From the NCBI GenBank assembly GCA_001938485.1, contig MQRK01207513.1, positions 4,162-66,050 of the forward strand: a stretch of 61,889 bases of DNA. The letters run 5' to 3'. This stretch comes from Girardia tigrina. Its lineage: Eukaryota. A program made the position numbers and the translations under genes. Within the stretch, counting starts at the first letter, position 1; each line of letters begins with the position of its first letter. The notes under the pieces were generated by a model. That model had not been told where the DNA came from. It made no database searches and saw nothing but the letters and a program-made list of their open reading frames with translations. Positions 15,549-26,900 of this stretch are shown here, one piece after another.

Positions 15549-18500
15549 CATTTGAAAAAAAACAAAATATTACAGAAGATTTATTTGATAAAATGTGGTG
15601 AAAAAAATTAGTTTTATACTTAATTCTACCATTATTTGATTCTTATTTTTGAATTTATTCTTTAAGTAAATGATACAAAATTATGTCTTCTTTATTCACC
15701 CTCACGGGAACATTAATGTACTCCCATAATCGCCAATTCATTGACCTGGACGAAAATAATATTTATTGTTTGTGTTTCGAAAATAATTCCCAAAATTGTA
15801 AATAATATTATCCAGAATTATTTTATTTATTTGTAATTCACTAATCAATGTGAAAATAAAAACTAAAATTAATCAAAATAAATATAAACATTTTTCACAA
15901 ATTTTTTTTGTAAAAATTGAATCTGTGTAATGTATATTTCGCAAAATGCTTCAGATGATTACTTCGAAAGTTTCTTCCCAGAAAATTTTAACTATAAAAT
16001 GGAAAACAATGTGAATATACATAACAAAACACTTCATTAAAATTCATTATACAGTAGCGTGCAAAAGTCTGTGGACAGTAAAAAAATCACAATTTCCCAT
16101 CAGTTTATAAGGTGGCAAGCCTAAATTTTGACCATACATGTAATTTTTATAAGCTTTTACACTAAATATATCATTTTTTTTAATTTTGTTAATATTTTTA
16201 TGACAAACATTCAATTTTCAAATCTTAACCAGTGGAAAAGTCTGTGGACAATTCAAAATTTTATTAGAAAAACAAATATTTTTGACAATTGATAGAAATT
16301 TTAAATTTTAATAATATTTTGTAGCATAACCTATCGAAGCTAAAACCGCTTTACAATGATCAGGCATTGAGTCGAATAGAAAGAATGCTGCTCCAAATAT
16401 CTGGAATTTTCTCGCAGAGCTCGTTCTCATTTTTGGGCCTCGCTTTCAAATGACGATCAATTTATTCCAAAGTATGCTCAAGAGGATACGTCCGGACTCT
16501 GCGCAGGCCATTTCAAAACATGAATTTTATTGGCTCTGAAAAATTCCTGTACTCTTTTAGCAGTGTGCTTTGGATCATTATCCTGTTGAAATACCCAACC
16601 TTGGTGCATTTTATGTTTTGCAAAAGGTAACATTTTAGTACAGATGATATCCTTGTACATACATTGATCCATTATGCCCTCTATGCGATGTTTTGGACCA
16701 ACCATCTCACTGCTAAAGGCACCCCAAACAAACACATTTCCACCTCCATGTTTTACTGGAGGTAACTAATATTTTGGATCAAATCTTTTACCGACAGGTC
16801 GTCTTATTTACTAGTATTTGTAGTATCAACACTACACTTAACATTATAGTCCTTTCTCATTATTTCATTCCATTCAATAGAATTTTTCGAGGATCTGATT
16901 TCGATAATCTTGTAAGAATTCTATTATCTTTATGTGATGTTTCTCGCGGCCTTCCACTGCGGGACTTGTTGTCTATGGTATGACGCTGATTGCAACTCTT
17001 GACAATACTACCGACTGCAGACTAGGTTAACATAATAAAGCGATGCAATTTCTCTATAAGATTTTTTTCCTATAAGGTAAGCACCAACAATCAATTTCTT
17101 GATATCTTCTGACATTTCCCGGTCTAAGATCATCCTAAATATTACTTTATTTGATTAATATTTAAAATTAATACTTAAATTAATACTTAAATTTATTTAG
17201 CATTTACTTTATTTAAACAATGAATTTTATGAATTGTCTACAGACTTGTATGGGTTAAAATTTGAAAATTGAATATACGTTATAAAAATTTAACAAAATT
17301 AAAAAAGATTTATTTAGCATAAATGTTTATACAAAATTACGTATTTGGTCAAAATTTAAGCTTGCCACCTTTTAAACTCATCACTTTATTGGGAAAATTG
17401 TGATTTTCTTTACTGTCCTCACACTTTTGCACGCTACTGTATATGAGGTATTTTTTTTAAAGAAATAAATTAGTAATTCCATTTTTAATTATTAATTTTT
17501 CATCAATTTCGACGATTCTATGGTGTCGTTTAATTCCTTTCAAAAACAATGACACTCTGACTATCAAAAAAATACAATTATTTCAGAACTGTAACTGTTT
17601 TTAAACATATAATATGTAAACTTACAAATAAATATAATCACTTTTAAACAAAACTTTTTGATGTTATTTACTGGAAACGCCAGCTATTTGAGAGTTAAAT
17701 GATGTCCGTGAAAAAAAAATGAATCGACTAAAGTAATAGAACATTTATTACCTATTAAAGTCTTTAACAGATGAACACATATATAAATGACGATATCATT
17801 CAATGAACTTACATCCGTAGAAAATTGCTACTAGCAATAACAGCTTCTATACGCTGTCTAAACAGACTGTAGACAGTCATGAGATTGGTATTGGGAATGT
17901 TTTCCATTGTATCCTCTAAAGCAGGTTTATTTTTTAAAAAGACTTTCTAAGTTCACTTTAGGTAGAATAATAACCCTAGTTTGATATATATGCTTGAATT
18001 AGAAAGGTAATTTAAGATGAAACATTTGATTTAACAGAAAATAATATAGTACTGTCTAAGCTTTTGCATGTTAACTTAACCATGTACATAGTTTCTTAGT
18101 TTTTCTATTTATTTAAATGTTAGAAGAATCAGCAAGAGTCTTTAATTTAATCTTTAGTATAGTTTTCATTGATGTTTTTAGAGAATAACTGAATTCTATA
18201 TTGAAAAAAAGGTCAGGAAATTTCGAAGACCAGCATAGTGAAACCCTCTAAGGTTGCTTGCAGGAGAATGCTAGTCAAGTATCAGGCCAGCAATTGGTAG
18301 AATAAGTTGGAATCATACAGAATATTCAACCAGTCAAAATTACAAGACCAACCTATAATAATATTTAAATTTTAAATACAAAATTATTAATGTGTGAAGT
18401 ATCTGTTAACAGGTAATTATAGGAAAATGTAGCATATCTTTATGGTTTAGGTCTATTTATGATATTTTTAAATTCATAATTTTTAAATCAAAGGGAAGAA

Positions 18501-18815
18501 AACAAAAAAATAATTTATTCAATTAATTAACATAAATAAAAGCAAAAATAATATTTTCAAAATGAATTTACTTTCTCCGTATATTTCCCCATCAACAAGA
18601 GTTGCATTCGATTTGCAGTACCTCCATATGCCGTAATGCTCGTGTATACTCGTAACAATACTCTTGTTGTTGTAATCCTTTAGAAGATATCTGATTTGCG
18701 TCCATTCAGGGGTACTGATGGCAATTATCATAAAAATCAATCCTATGGAACTGGAGATAAAAGCAACTCTCAAACTATGTTTTTCATATTTGAGAAGCTT
18801 TCTGCAAAACGCCAT
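3646..18815 (-). CDS. Claudin/PMP22-EMP-MP20 superfamily four-TM protein, 4 exons (18815-18572, 15430-15320, 8416-8279, 3905-3646), 753 nt, 250 aa
   Basis: All three introns are GT-AG and phase 1, and the joined frame is open. TM1 is followed by STPEW...HYGIWRYC...C, the claudin W-GLW-C-C signature. TM2/TM3 flank PRYTLKRL, and YGYSF precedes TM4. Confidence 0.9.
4060..4846 (-). mobile_element. hAT (Tip100/PRKRIR-like) transposase remnant with one terminus
   Basis: LQKENIDLVESVNL...SPESYYRSAMFIPFLDGFIQNLEA in ORF 4276..4584 is typical of PRKRIR/ZMYM1-like hAT transposases. The terminus CCCCCCCTTCCCTACGCCACTG ends at 4846 (CAGTGGCGTAG-type TIR). Confidence 0.7.
5840..6470 (+). mobile_element. 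Mutator (MULE) deletion-derivative remnant
   Basis: INMWNYYRSVLKGLSKT / IEAWYQGF / IYWKFITAIKNEQS matches the MULE transposase C-terminus (WN..LP.TNN.E.WH...HP.IWKFI..LK.EQ). Degenerate AATTTGTCTAAAA-like tandem repeats lie at the left end. Boundaries approximate. Confidence 0.55.
6600..6850 (+). mobile_element. Tc1-like transposase fragment
   Basis: FWEKIIFRDE...YVRHQPDQEFN resembles the Tc1 W..V.FSDE...YV.R motif. Confidence 0.4.
8279..8416 (-). CDS. claudin-like gene exon 3 (GYFTSRAVFAVVSIFMMTLTLVFNAYSIFTPRYTLKRLTAVLYLMS)
   Basis: Acceptor ttttag|, donor CAG|gtaaga; 138 nt, phase 1/1. Encodes TM2 and the start of TM3. Confidence 0.88.
13020..13760 (-). mobile_element. Gypsy/Ty3 reverse transcriptase remnant
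   Basis: Minus strand SGLFCFNRMSFVITLAPGTF*EFLTKVMGNIKRTEIYSDDILIFSQ is a decayed RMPFG..AP.TFQ...YxDD region. Boundaries approximate. Confidence 0.65.
15320..15430 (-). CDS. claudin-like gene exon 2 (INLQCTESDVLLSHAKYSDKYRAVAQSKGPDSSDNSK)
   Basis: Acceptor ...taccactcag| with upstream gactaa branch-like motif; donor AAG|gttata; 111 nt, phase 1/1. Supplies the second ECL1 Cys. Confidence 0.8.
16052..17439 (-). mobile_element. Tc1-like DNA transposon (defective), ~200-bp IR/DR-type TIRs, TA TSD
   Basis: TA|CAGTAGCGTGCAAAAGT...ACTTTTGCACGCTACTG|TA. The AAGTCTGTGGACA motif recurs at the inner TIR end. ORF 16478..16735 has VWGAFS, QQDNDPKH and WPAQSPD. Confidence 0.9.
18572..18815 (-). CDS. claudin-like gene exon 1 (MAFCRKLL...TM1...STPEW...GIWRYC...GEIYGE)
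   Basis: ATG at 18815; donor GAAA|gtaaat at 18571; overlaps ORF 18519..18821. Confidence 0.9.
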
Positions 18816-20409
18816 TATCAAACCGAATGTTAATTCAGTTTTTTAATCAAAACAAAAATATATATTCAGATTAATTTCTCAGCTTTTCTTCGCGTTTCTT
18901 TAATGAAATATTTCCTACACACATGGATATTTTCCAGGGAAATTTTCTGTGGCACAAATCGTAACCAAAGATGGGATACAAATCGATCAATACCCCACAT
19001 GATTCCTATCAACAATTATTCATGGGAGCCGTTTCCTGCGACTTGATGAATACAACCAACTTGTTCTACAAGAAAATATTTGTAAGTTAAGGTAAAGTGA
19101 TTTACCTTGAAAAATATATAAATTAATAAAATGAAAAAATAATTAATAAGTTATAGACATTTAATAAATATAATATAAATAATATAATATTAACAATGAT
19201 TATATTTATTTTATTAATGGTTTAAGGAGAAACTTTCTTATATTTGGTCATTATAAGTCCTAAAATATTTGTTAATTCTAATCGTTTTTTAATTGTGTTT
19301 TTAAAGTTTCTGTTAGGTTCGATATCAAAAGTTAAAGTTATAACATCAAAATTTTATAAATATAACACATTAAAAATATTTTTCGAACAAATTATCGAGG
19401 AAAATTTTTTATTTTGCAATTTATTTATTTTATTTCAATTTATTTTAAAAATCTTCAAATTGGAAATTTTTCAATAATAAAGTTTTTTTCATAATAATAT
19501 TTCAATAATAAAATTATTATTTTAGATTTGAATTTAAAATATTTTCAATCCTAAATTTTTTCAATGTTTTAATTTATAAAGATATATTTTTTTAATATTT
19601 TAAAAATTCCCTTGAGAGATTTTAAATACTAAAATCACGCGACATATATCACATATTTTTATTTACATTGAAATAATATATGTCTTATTTATATTATTAT
19701 AGCTATGAGGAGTTAGTTAAAATTTGCACTTCGCCAAAATAATTTATTATCAATTTTTTTAATTTAAAAATTTTAAAAAATTAAATGAATACAAAAAAAG
19801 TTTTAAAATTAAAAATGATCTTAAAAGGAAAACCAAATAAAATTAAATATTTCTATAAAAAAAATGTCATAACAATAAAGATATTTTAATAAAAATTTTT
19901 AAATAGGAATTTTAAAATAAATAATAAAGGGATTAAAATTTATAATATTTTAAGGAATAATTTTTTTAAACAAAAGACTTATGGTAAATTTAAATTTAAA
20001 AGTTTTATGAAAAAAAATATTAAAAAAAATTTATTTATAATTTTAAAAAAATAATTTTATAATTATAAGTTAAATTTTACAAATTAAATTGGAAGAAAAA
20101 GCTAATAGCTTGATTTTGGCGAAATAATTGAACTAAGAGTAAGTTTATTTACATATATGATTTATTGTCATAATTAATGTTTTGGGATAAATATGACTTC
20201 TGAAATTTTGGATAATGAAAAGGGCATAAACGCTATTTACAATAGTTATTCATGAAATCTGAATAAAAGGCTTTTTTGATATAGTATTTACTTGATATGG
20301 TATCTACATAAATTCAGTCAAATAGAATAAGTATAGATTGTACCATGGTTTTATGATTTTTGTGTAAGAATAATAAATAAAAGTCAAAAAATTTTTGTCA
20401 AAATATATT

Positions 20410-20446
20410 GTGATTAATTTCGACGGATCAACCGTCATCATCAGAC
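20410..20446 (-). ncRNA. minimal type I hammerhead ribozyme motif (Penelope-type)
   Basis: Minus strand GT-CTGATGA-T-GACGG ttgat CCGTC-GAAA-TTAA-TC-AC. The core is intact, with a 5-bp helix II and palindromic helix III (ATTAAT), but helix I is only 2 bp. Confidence 0.65.
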
Positions 20447-20759
20447 TGAATTAACAATGATATACTCACGTTTATATATCAAAGCAATTTTTATGTAATC
20501 ATTGTGTCATTTAAATCATGAAAATACTTTCAATAAAGTTGAAGAGGATGGTGTTTGGACATTGATTTTAGGATCAAAAGATTTGATCAACAATGCTTCA
20601 CACATCACCATCTCCCAGTAATTATCAAATTGTGAAAACAAATTTTGTGTATATACTATAAATATACTATAAAAAAGTGAATTAAAGAAGGGTCGAAAAT
20701 GAATATTTTTGCAACGTTGGAATTTAATTTGAGTAGTTTCAAAATGAAAGCTGTGAGCA

Positions 20760-21060
20760 AGAATAGTTACGTAACATATTAATTACGTAATAATTATTGT
20801 GTGATTGCTGTTGAAATTGATTGTGTAAAGTCAGTTGTGATGATACAATAAAATTGGTTATTTGTCTGATGTTGAATGTATGCTGAATGTATGTTGATAG
20901 TATGTGTGTGTTTGAGAGTGTAAACCAATGAAAAGGCTTTGAAAATGGGATTCATTATAACATCACTATTTTCCCCATTAAATAGTCGAGATTATGGATA
21001 TTGTGTTAATTAATAAATCTTAGAATCGGAATTAGTCATTTTATTTTAAATGGATAACAA
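20760..21060. repeat. unclassified interspersed repeat, uninterrupted copy
   Basis: Clearly homologous to 49598-49733 + 52967-53175 (shared TCAGTTGTGATGATACAATAAA, TGTCTGATGTTGAATGTATGCTGAATGTATGTTGA, GTAAACCAATGAAAAGGCTTTGAAAATG). Confidence 0.8.
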
Positions 21061-21476
21061 AAGTAAAATTAAATTTGTTAGAAAAATGATTATAAAAATG
21101 GGGAGAAGCAAAAAACCAAAATAGCAAGAAAAAGGATCACATAAAAAAGTCTGGAACTTTTATACACACACCAATATTGTATTTAGATCCCCATTATTCA
21201 GTTTTGGAATAAAATATGCGAAGAAGGTAAAAATTGATATTCTACACAATTATTCATATTTTGTTTAATTAAAATATCACTTAATTAATTAAATTCAATA
21301 TTACTTAAAAAAATATTTTAATTATTAATAAATTAGGAAAAAATTTAATAATATAAAATATAAAATTATATAATTCATTCATAAATTGTTTGTTTAAATT
21401 AACGAATATAATAACTTATTACTACTTATAACCTTTGAATTTGCCAGTTTTAATAGTGATAATAATACGAATTTTG

Positions 21477-21539
21477 ATGGAATTTATTTCAATTTTACGA
21501 TTTTTGTTTTTGGTAATACTAAATTTAAAGTTAATTCAG
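21477..21539 (+). CDS. DSL-like gene exon 1, signal peptide ([21 protein letters not shown])
   Basis: ATG, hydrophobic stretch, donor CAG|gtataa, then a 57-nt intron. Confidence 0.75.
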
Positions 21540-23925
21540 GTATAAAATTATTTTAAAATATAAATAATATAATGGCCTGATATTTGGATTGATTAGTCGA
21601 AGGTTACGTACAGTATTTTTGTATACAATTATCAAAATTATAAGAACTTGAAACACGATGGATCGAAGTGTGAGGTCTTTCACTGGATGGACGACCATTG
21701 TGATCCAATGTTTGAAATATGTGTTTATGGAAGAAAAAGGTATTTATAGCTATGATAATTTTATTTGTTGTTTAATTCATTTGAATCATTGATTCAGATG
21801 CGATATTGTTTATAAACAAACCAATTTCTGGGCAAATACAAGATTTGTGGGCAATGTCTTTTCACAAATTGTTGCAAGATCTGTTTTCCAGGTATAAATT
21901 ATAATAAATAAACATAATAAGTAAAAGATACATATTCAAATTGTAAGACTTTAAATTTTGGAAAGCCATTTGTTGTATTTGAAGAATTTTAATAAAATAA
22001 TGCATATGCACGGTGCGGCAGCTTTTTGAGAAAAAAGAGACAAAAAACATTAAGTATTAAAATGTTTTATGTAGATGAACACATACATAAATTACTATAT
22101 CAAACAATAAACCCATCATCACCGGCAATAACAGCTTTTATACACCATTGAAACCGACTATATGCACCAATAAGAGGGGTTTTTGGAATATTTGCCATTT
22201 CATCAGCTACAGCGGCTCTGAGAGCTGAAACAATGTTATGAGGATGACTATTTGAGTTCTTCTTGACTATTCCCCACACATAAATATCAAGTAGATTGAC
22301 ATCTCATTAGCTAGGGGGGCAAACGTTAGGTATGACATTATAGTAGAAATTTTTAGACACCCATTCGTGGGTTGTTCTGGTTTTATGAGATGGTACTGAG
22401 TCTTTTTGAAAAGCATACGGCCTCCCACTTGCTACAATAGCAATCCAAGGCTTGATAACTGTGGCTAACATCTCAGTGTAAGCAACGGTATTGACTCTGG
22501 AACCCTATGTAAAAACATAAGAAAACATCAAATCACCTTCACTATTAACAGTTCTGAGAACTATTAATGATGCTGGAAATTTGGAATGCATGATTGTAGG
22601 TACCTTATCAGGATTTTTACACAGCCACCAGTGATTTTGGAGGTTTATCTTCTGGTCCAGAACAAAAGGTTTCTCGTCTAATAAAAACAAGATAATTCCT
22701 GAAACATCGTATTTCAGCTTGTTCAGGAAGCAATTGGCTATAGTCAATGGGTTCACTTTAGATCTTTCTGACGTGAAGTATCCTCTCCAAATTGTGTATG
22801 ATTTGTAACGAATGGTAGCATCATCAACCTTCAGCTCTCTAGCCAGTGCCTTGATCAACTTCCCAGTATCATCTTCAATTGCAGCTTGGACTCGACTAAT
22901 AAAACCTGGCGTCTTGATACAGTCAGAACAGTGACAAGGTCGTTTCCTTTTGGAAACTTACGTTACTTGCTGCTCCCATTTGTTTCCGAACTTTGAATAA
23001 AAATTACTGGGCGACTTTCATGAATGTAGCAGTTTTTGAATTGATGAATACTTCAAACAAGGAGACAATAACTGCATTCCTCTTCACTTTTTGTGTAAAA
23101 GTCGGTTCTGCTATATTTATCTGCAACAGAAAAAAATGTATTACTATAGCACAGAGAAAATCGTGGTACCTATATTGTGTGTTATTAGATAAGTTAGAAT
23201 AAGTTTAATCCTTTTAAAAAGTTCAGGTGACTTATTGAAATTTCAAATTTAATAATTTCAAAAACTTAGCACTTATTTTTCAATTGATTTTTGAGTTTTT
23301 TTATTCCATCTGATTGAGCACATGAAATTTGATTTTGTGAATTTAAGATATTCAAAGTTTTGATTAAAAAAATAATCTTGTTCTCTTAAACCTGACAGTT
23401 CAGTGTCTGTGGAAATGTCAAACAGATTAATTTTTTACATCCTTCTTCCATGACATTTCGATTATTAATAAGAAAACATTTTCCTAATTAACGAAAACTA
23501 ATGACCAAGTAGTAAAATTCATTAATAATTTTTACCATGATTGAATTCTCTACGATAAAACAAACAATTGATCAGTAACTGTCCATTATACAGTATATAA
23601 ATGATCTAATCAATTGTGGTTCATTAGGCCTTCGGATTTTCCGTTTTACAATCTTTCAAATTATAGAAGTAGATTCCGATTTTTTGTGTAAATATTTACT
23701 GTTTATCTTAATATCCAAGAAAAAATAATAATAATATTGTAGGGATTCTGTAAATAGGAAAAATATAAAATATATAAAATTTGTGTACCTGTTGTCCTAA
23801 ATAAAAAAATTAAAAAAATAAATAAATAAAATAAAAAAGACGGATAATCCCATTTTAACCTTCCCTTCGTTTGAGCAGGTTGCTCAAAGATGCGAGGCAG
23901 TTAATTGGAATAATAATAATAAAGA

Positions 23926-23974
<49 letters not shown>

Positions 23975-26900
23975 TAGTGAATATTTATTATTTATCATCA
24001 GTATTAATTTAATATTAAGTTATAACATTATTAATTTTATCACTGTCATAATTATTTTTATTATACTATTATTAGTATTCTTGGAATTAATATTATTATA
24101 TTCCTTTTCGGTGAGGTTTTCCTTCCTACGCAGGGACCAATTCATTATGAGGGTACTCCTACTTTGGGCGGAGAATTTCGCCAAAGGTTTATCTATATTT
24201 TAAAAAAAATATTTATTATTATTATTATTATTTTATTTTTAAATTATTATTATAATTATAAAAATTGTATTATTATTATTATTATTATTATTATTAAAAG
24301 TATCCTTATTATTATTATCAACAGAACTTACCTTTTTTTTGAATAAAAGAAAAATAATAAATAATTCCAAAATACTTCCACCGGGATGACGTTTGCTGAT
24401 TGGCTTTGCCAATCGGCTTGCACATCATACCCAGATGAAAGTCAGTAATTTGATTCCGCAAGAGATTTATGGGAACAAATTCCAAATTCATCAATTTCTT
24501 TAAAAATACTGTGACAACAACAAATTTAACTTCAGTCAACTAATTAGTGCCACATATTGGCCATAATCATAGAAAAAATTATATTGAAAATAAAATATAA
24601 CATAATAATTTAAATAATTAAAAATTTTTAAATAATGTTTTATTTTTTATATATATTTATATAGAATCAAATTGGGTATAAATACCCTTAAAAGTTTGTT
24701 AGCACCACACAATAAAAAGCAAAAACTAAAACACAAAAAGCAAATACAAAACAAAAATACATTTTCAAACAAGTTACCATCAAATTGTGATTCGGCTTCG
24801 ATTATTATATCAAAGATCCTTGTATAATATTTTGTGATTATCAAATATAAATTTTATAATATTTGTTATTGATCTCAATTGCAATAAATTTAACAGTATC
24901 AAATATTGAGCTGGGTTCCAGCTACGAACAAGTAACGCAGCCTTCGATTAAAGTTGATTTAACTCAGAATTATATATTTGCTTGAACATAATTATTTCAA
25001 ACGTCAATTCAATTAATTATACCCAGCATTAAACGTACTAAACCACTAACAATATAATATAATTTATTGAACTTTGTAGGTGACAATCAATAAAAAAGGA
25101 AGAGAACCAAGTAAAATGGCAAAATTTAGAAACATCATAATTGGTAGATGTTTATTTAGCATTTAGAGGAGTGTAGAATTTCTTTGGAATTCAGAAATGT
25201 TATTAAACATTTTTGAAAGAAAGTAAAATTACATGTACCAATTAAAAATGTAGAAAATTTATAAAATATGTAATTATTTGATGTTTGTTAAAAAAATTTT
25301 AAAATCAATAAAATTCAACAAAACTATTAAATAATTGTTAATGTTCGTTTAAATTAAAATTATACAATTTGAATTAAAGTGAGTATTAGAGAATGATAAT
25401 AGAGATTTTTAAATTAATAAAATTCCACGAAATGATTAAGTATTTGATAAAATTAGCGTAATTTTAAATTGATAAATTTTATTAAATGTCAAATTTATAA
25501 AATGAAAATAAAATCAAATATTAACCCCTTACTGCATGATTTTTTTATTTTAATAAAAAAATATATAATATAGGAAAATAGAAATAAAAAGATTCTCATT
25601 TTTTTATTTTTTTAAAAAATGATTTTATTATGTAGAATATCCAAACAAACAGTTTGGACCATATATGGTAAGCTATACAGTTAGGGTAATAAAATTATGA
25701 AAAAAAATATTTTGGTTCATATATGATCCACCATGCGGTAAGGAGTTAATATTTTAAGTATTTCTATTTATACCGATTTAAGATTTATAAAACAAATTGT
25801 TTCTCAAAAAAATAAGGTTGTTTAAAAAATTGTATTATTCACTTTATTGACATCGAAATTAACTTCTAATAATAATTCTGAAGATGTCCCAAGAATCTCT
25901 AATAGAAACATTTCGTGGAAAAAGACCATATGATGTTATGAGGATGATATTATCTCGTTTGTATAAAAGAAATGACTAATTAAAAAGTAATAAGATGAAG
26001 AAAATATTTTGAATTCCATCATCGGATATGCCATTATGGGATATGAGAAACACAAAAATTGATTCTTTGACCTTCAATCAAAAGTTTCACAAAGAAATTC
26101 GATGTATTAACAACTTTTTTTCAATTATCACAACTTCTTATTTTTTTATTGTAACAAGAAACTTTATTTACTCTTTTGTGTTTAATATTAGTACATATTA
26201 TAACTAAACAAACAAATTCTATATGATGCCATTTATTATTTTACTTAAATTTCTCCCTAAACTAGCAAATACAATAAAAATAGTACAAAAAATAAGCTAT
26301 TGAAAACATTCCTTTCTAAATCTAATATTATTCAGAAAAATATACATATTTCTATCAAAGTTGAGGATCATGACAGATTTGACGCCCATGATCATATTGC
26401 CATGTTTACGAAATCCTTATACGGTATTAAGATTAATCGAGCGTACACCGAAGACTTGGATGTATATCCACGAAACATAAATGTTCAGTAAGTTTGATAA
26501 CTTTCTAATAAATTATTCACTTTATTATGATAATTACTTATTTAATAAGTAATAATAATTTATAAGTTTTCTAAATTATTAAAAACATGAGCAATTGTAA
26601 AATTTGTAGAACTTTGCTCTTGTTTAATATTTTTAAATTAATTAATGCAAATTATTAATTTTCGTAAATAGTAAAAGAAATCTTGTTACAAAATTAAAAT
26701 ACACTGTAAAGTGAAAAAATTACTGAATCAATAAATTATTTTAAATTTAATTTTGTTGAATTAAAAATAATGATTTTTTATCAATTGTTTAACTCGATAG
26801 ATTTTTTTTATGATAATTTTTCAAAAAAATCGTCTTATGCAAGATTTTTATAATGGTGTCAGAAGCTGTTCGCTCGAATAAAATCACGCGAGCCCGAAAA

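Noticed and set aside
23871-24346. Hydrophobic ORFs resembling membrane proteins
   Set aside because: Translations of (TA)n and (TTA)n microsatellites.
25875-25920. CTGAAGA...GAAAC hammerhead-like string (similar cases near 9428 and 42465)
   Set aside because: Helices I and II do not pair, or GAAA is missing.
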